Positions 30,821-32,000 of a stretch of 32,000 nucleotides of DNA are shown here, one piece after another. A program made the translations under genes and the position numbers. The notes under the pieces were generated by a model. It ran no database searches. It worked only from the letters and a program-made list of their open reading frames with translations, and had not been told where the DNA came from. Source of the stretch: Acidothermus cellulolyticus 11B (GTDB taxonomy: Bacteria > Actinomycetota > Actinomycetes > Acidothermales > Acidothermaceae); contig NC_008578.1 of the NCBI RefSeq assembly GCF_000015025.1, positions 270,001 to 302,000 of the forward strand, in the 5' to 3' direction. Position 1 is the first letter of the stretch, and each line of letters opens with the position of its first letter.

Positions 30821-31870
30821 ATGACGCAGAGCACCGGTATGACCGGTTTGGACATCGGCGCAAGCACCGGGCCGGCGGAGGCCGGCCTCAGTATGGTGAT
30901 CCCGGACGCCGGCCTCCGTACCCGGGTGCGCGACGGGTTGGAGGCGGTCGAGACCCTGCTGCGTCAGGCGGTACGGTCCAGCGGCTATCCGTTCTTGACC
31001 GAAACGTCCCGGCACCTGGTCGAGGCCGGCGGTAAGCGGTTCCGGCCGCTGCTGGTGCTGCTTGCCGCTGAGTACGGCGACCCGACCGCACCCGGCGTCG
31101 TTCCGGCTGCCGCGGTCGTCGAGCTCACCCACCTGGCCACGCTGTACCACGACGACGTGATGGACGAGGCGGTGGTACGGCGCGGCACGGCCAGCGCCAA
31201 TGCCCGCTGGTCCAACACGATCGCGATCCTCACCGGCGATTTTCTCTTCTCCCGCGCCTCTGATCTGTTAGCCGATCTTGGTCCGGAGGCGGTGCGCATC
31301 CAGGCTCGCACGTTCGAACGTCTCGTGCAGGGCCAGATCCGGGAGACGCTCGGGCCGGAGGAGGGGGTTGATCCGGTCGAGCATTACCTGCGGGTTGTCG
31401 CGGACAAGACCGGCTCGCTCATCGCGACCGCGGCGAGGTTCGGGGCGATGTTCTCCGGGGCGCCCGCCTGGATCGTCGACGTGATGGTCACCTACGGGGA
31501 ACGGATCGGCACGGCGTTTCAGCTCTCCGACGACCTGCTTGACGTCATGAGTGATTCGACGGAATCCGGAAAGGCTCCGGGCACCGATTTGCGGGAGGGC
31601 GTGCGGACCCTGCCCGTGCTGCACGTTCTGCGGTCGATGGGACCGTCCGACGGCCGGCTCCGCGAGCTGCTGAACGGGGATCTGACCGACGACGAGCGGC
31701 ATCGGGAGACCCTCGCATTGCTCCGCGCCCATCCGGCGATGGAACGGGCCCGGGCTGACCTTCGGCGCTGGGTCAGCGAGGCGCGGGCCGCGCTGGAGCC
31801 GTTACCTGACCAGCCCGCGACGCAGGCGCTGCAGCGATTGTGTGACTTTGTCCTCGCCCGCACCGGATGA
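30821..31870 (+). CDS. Long-chain trans-polyprenyl diphosphate synthase (menaquinone side-chain synthase, GrcC1/HepT-like)
   Basis: First and second Asp-rich motifs are present (LYHDDVMDE; FQLSDDLLD). The start is ambiguous: ATG 30821, 30839 or 30893 (GGAGG at 30877-30881). The part of the track ORF upstream of 30821 overlaps nuoN and is an artefact. Confidence 0.85.
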   Translation: MTQSTGMTGLDIGASTGPAEAGLSMVIPDAGLRTRVRDGLEAVETLLRQAVRSSGYPFLTETSRHLVEAGGKRFRPLLVLLAAEYGDPTAPGVVPAAAVVELTHLATLYHDDVMDEAVVRRGTASANARWSNTIAILTGDFLFSRASDLLADLGPEAVRIQARTFERLVQGQIRETLGPEEGVDPVEHYLRVVADKTGSLIATAARFGAMFSGAPAWIVDVMVTYGERIGTAFQLSDDLLDVMSDSTESGKAPGTDLREGVRTLPVLHVLRSMGPSDGRLRELLNGDLTDDERHRETLALLRAHPAMERARADLRRWVSEARAALEPLPDQPATQALQRLCDFVLARTG

Positions 31871-31923
31871 GCCGGACCGCGCGCAGCACCGCCGGAGGAC
31901 AGCCGTGACTACCCGCCCGCCGA

Positions 31924-32000
31924 GCTAGACCTGACTGCCGGGGGTGGACGGGGAACTGCTTGGCGGGCTGAGGATCGGCCCGCCGCCGGTGCCTGGTTTC
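31924..32000 (-). CDS. Possible 3' end of a convergent minus-strand CDS running off the window (Pro/Ser/Gly-rich C-terminal tail)
   Basis: The minus-strand frame ending at TAG (plus-strand cta, 31924-31926) is open to the window edge. About 20 of its 24 codons end in G/C, versus about 65% for the open plus-strand frame. Only 25 codons are visible and no homology can be judged. Confidence 0.25.

Overview
High-GC (~67-68% by eye) actinobacterial chromosome. This is a core respiratory neighbourhood, not an accessory island. All but one complete gene are on the + strand, and many are joined by ATGA/GTGA stop-start overlaps. Order: (1) system II cytochrome c maturation, ccdA (5'-truncated by the window edge), resB, ccsB. 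(2) Late futalosine-pathway menaquinone genes: UbiD-like decarboxylase, UbiA-like prenyltransferase, UbiX-like flavin prenyltransferase. (3) The only complete minus-strand gene, a 74-aa BldC-like MerR/excisionase-type DNA-binding protein, followed by a 558-bp divergent non-coding region. (4) mqnE, a DUF4229-like membrane protein, mqnA. (5) A receiver-only response regulator, mqnC, an adenosine-deaminase-fold gene (probably 6-aminodeoxyfutalosine deaminase), menG/ubiE. (6) A geranylgeranyl-reductase family gene (MenJ-like). (7) A complete nuoA-N Complex I operon. (8) A long-chain polyprenyl diphosphate synthase 35 nt after nuoN. I found no tRNA/rRNA, CRISPR array, transposase/integrase or defence-type genes, and no unassigned ORF that looks like a real protein. 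I do not see a convincing undescribed multi-gene system. The points worth following up are regulatory or small: a near-consensus Rex operator-like palindrome ahead of the MenJ-like/nuo block; a perfect 10-bp inverted repeat in the long bldC-like/mqnE divergent region; a DUF4229-like protein translationally coupled between mqnE and mqnA; an orphan receiver domain inside the mqn cluster; and in-frame tandem repeats in three membrane proteins. The gene content and order fit my recollection of Acidothermus/Frankiales-like genomes, but I cannot verify the organism. The many long antisense and alternate-frame ORFs in the track are typical high-GC artefacts.
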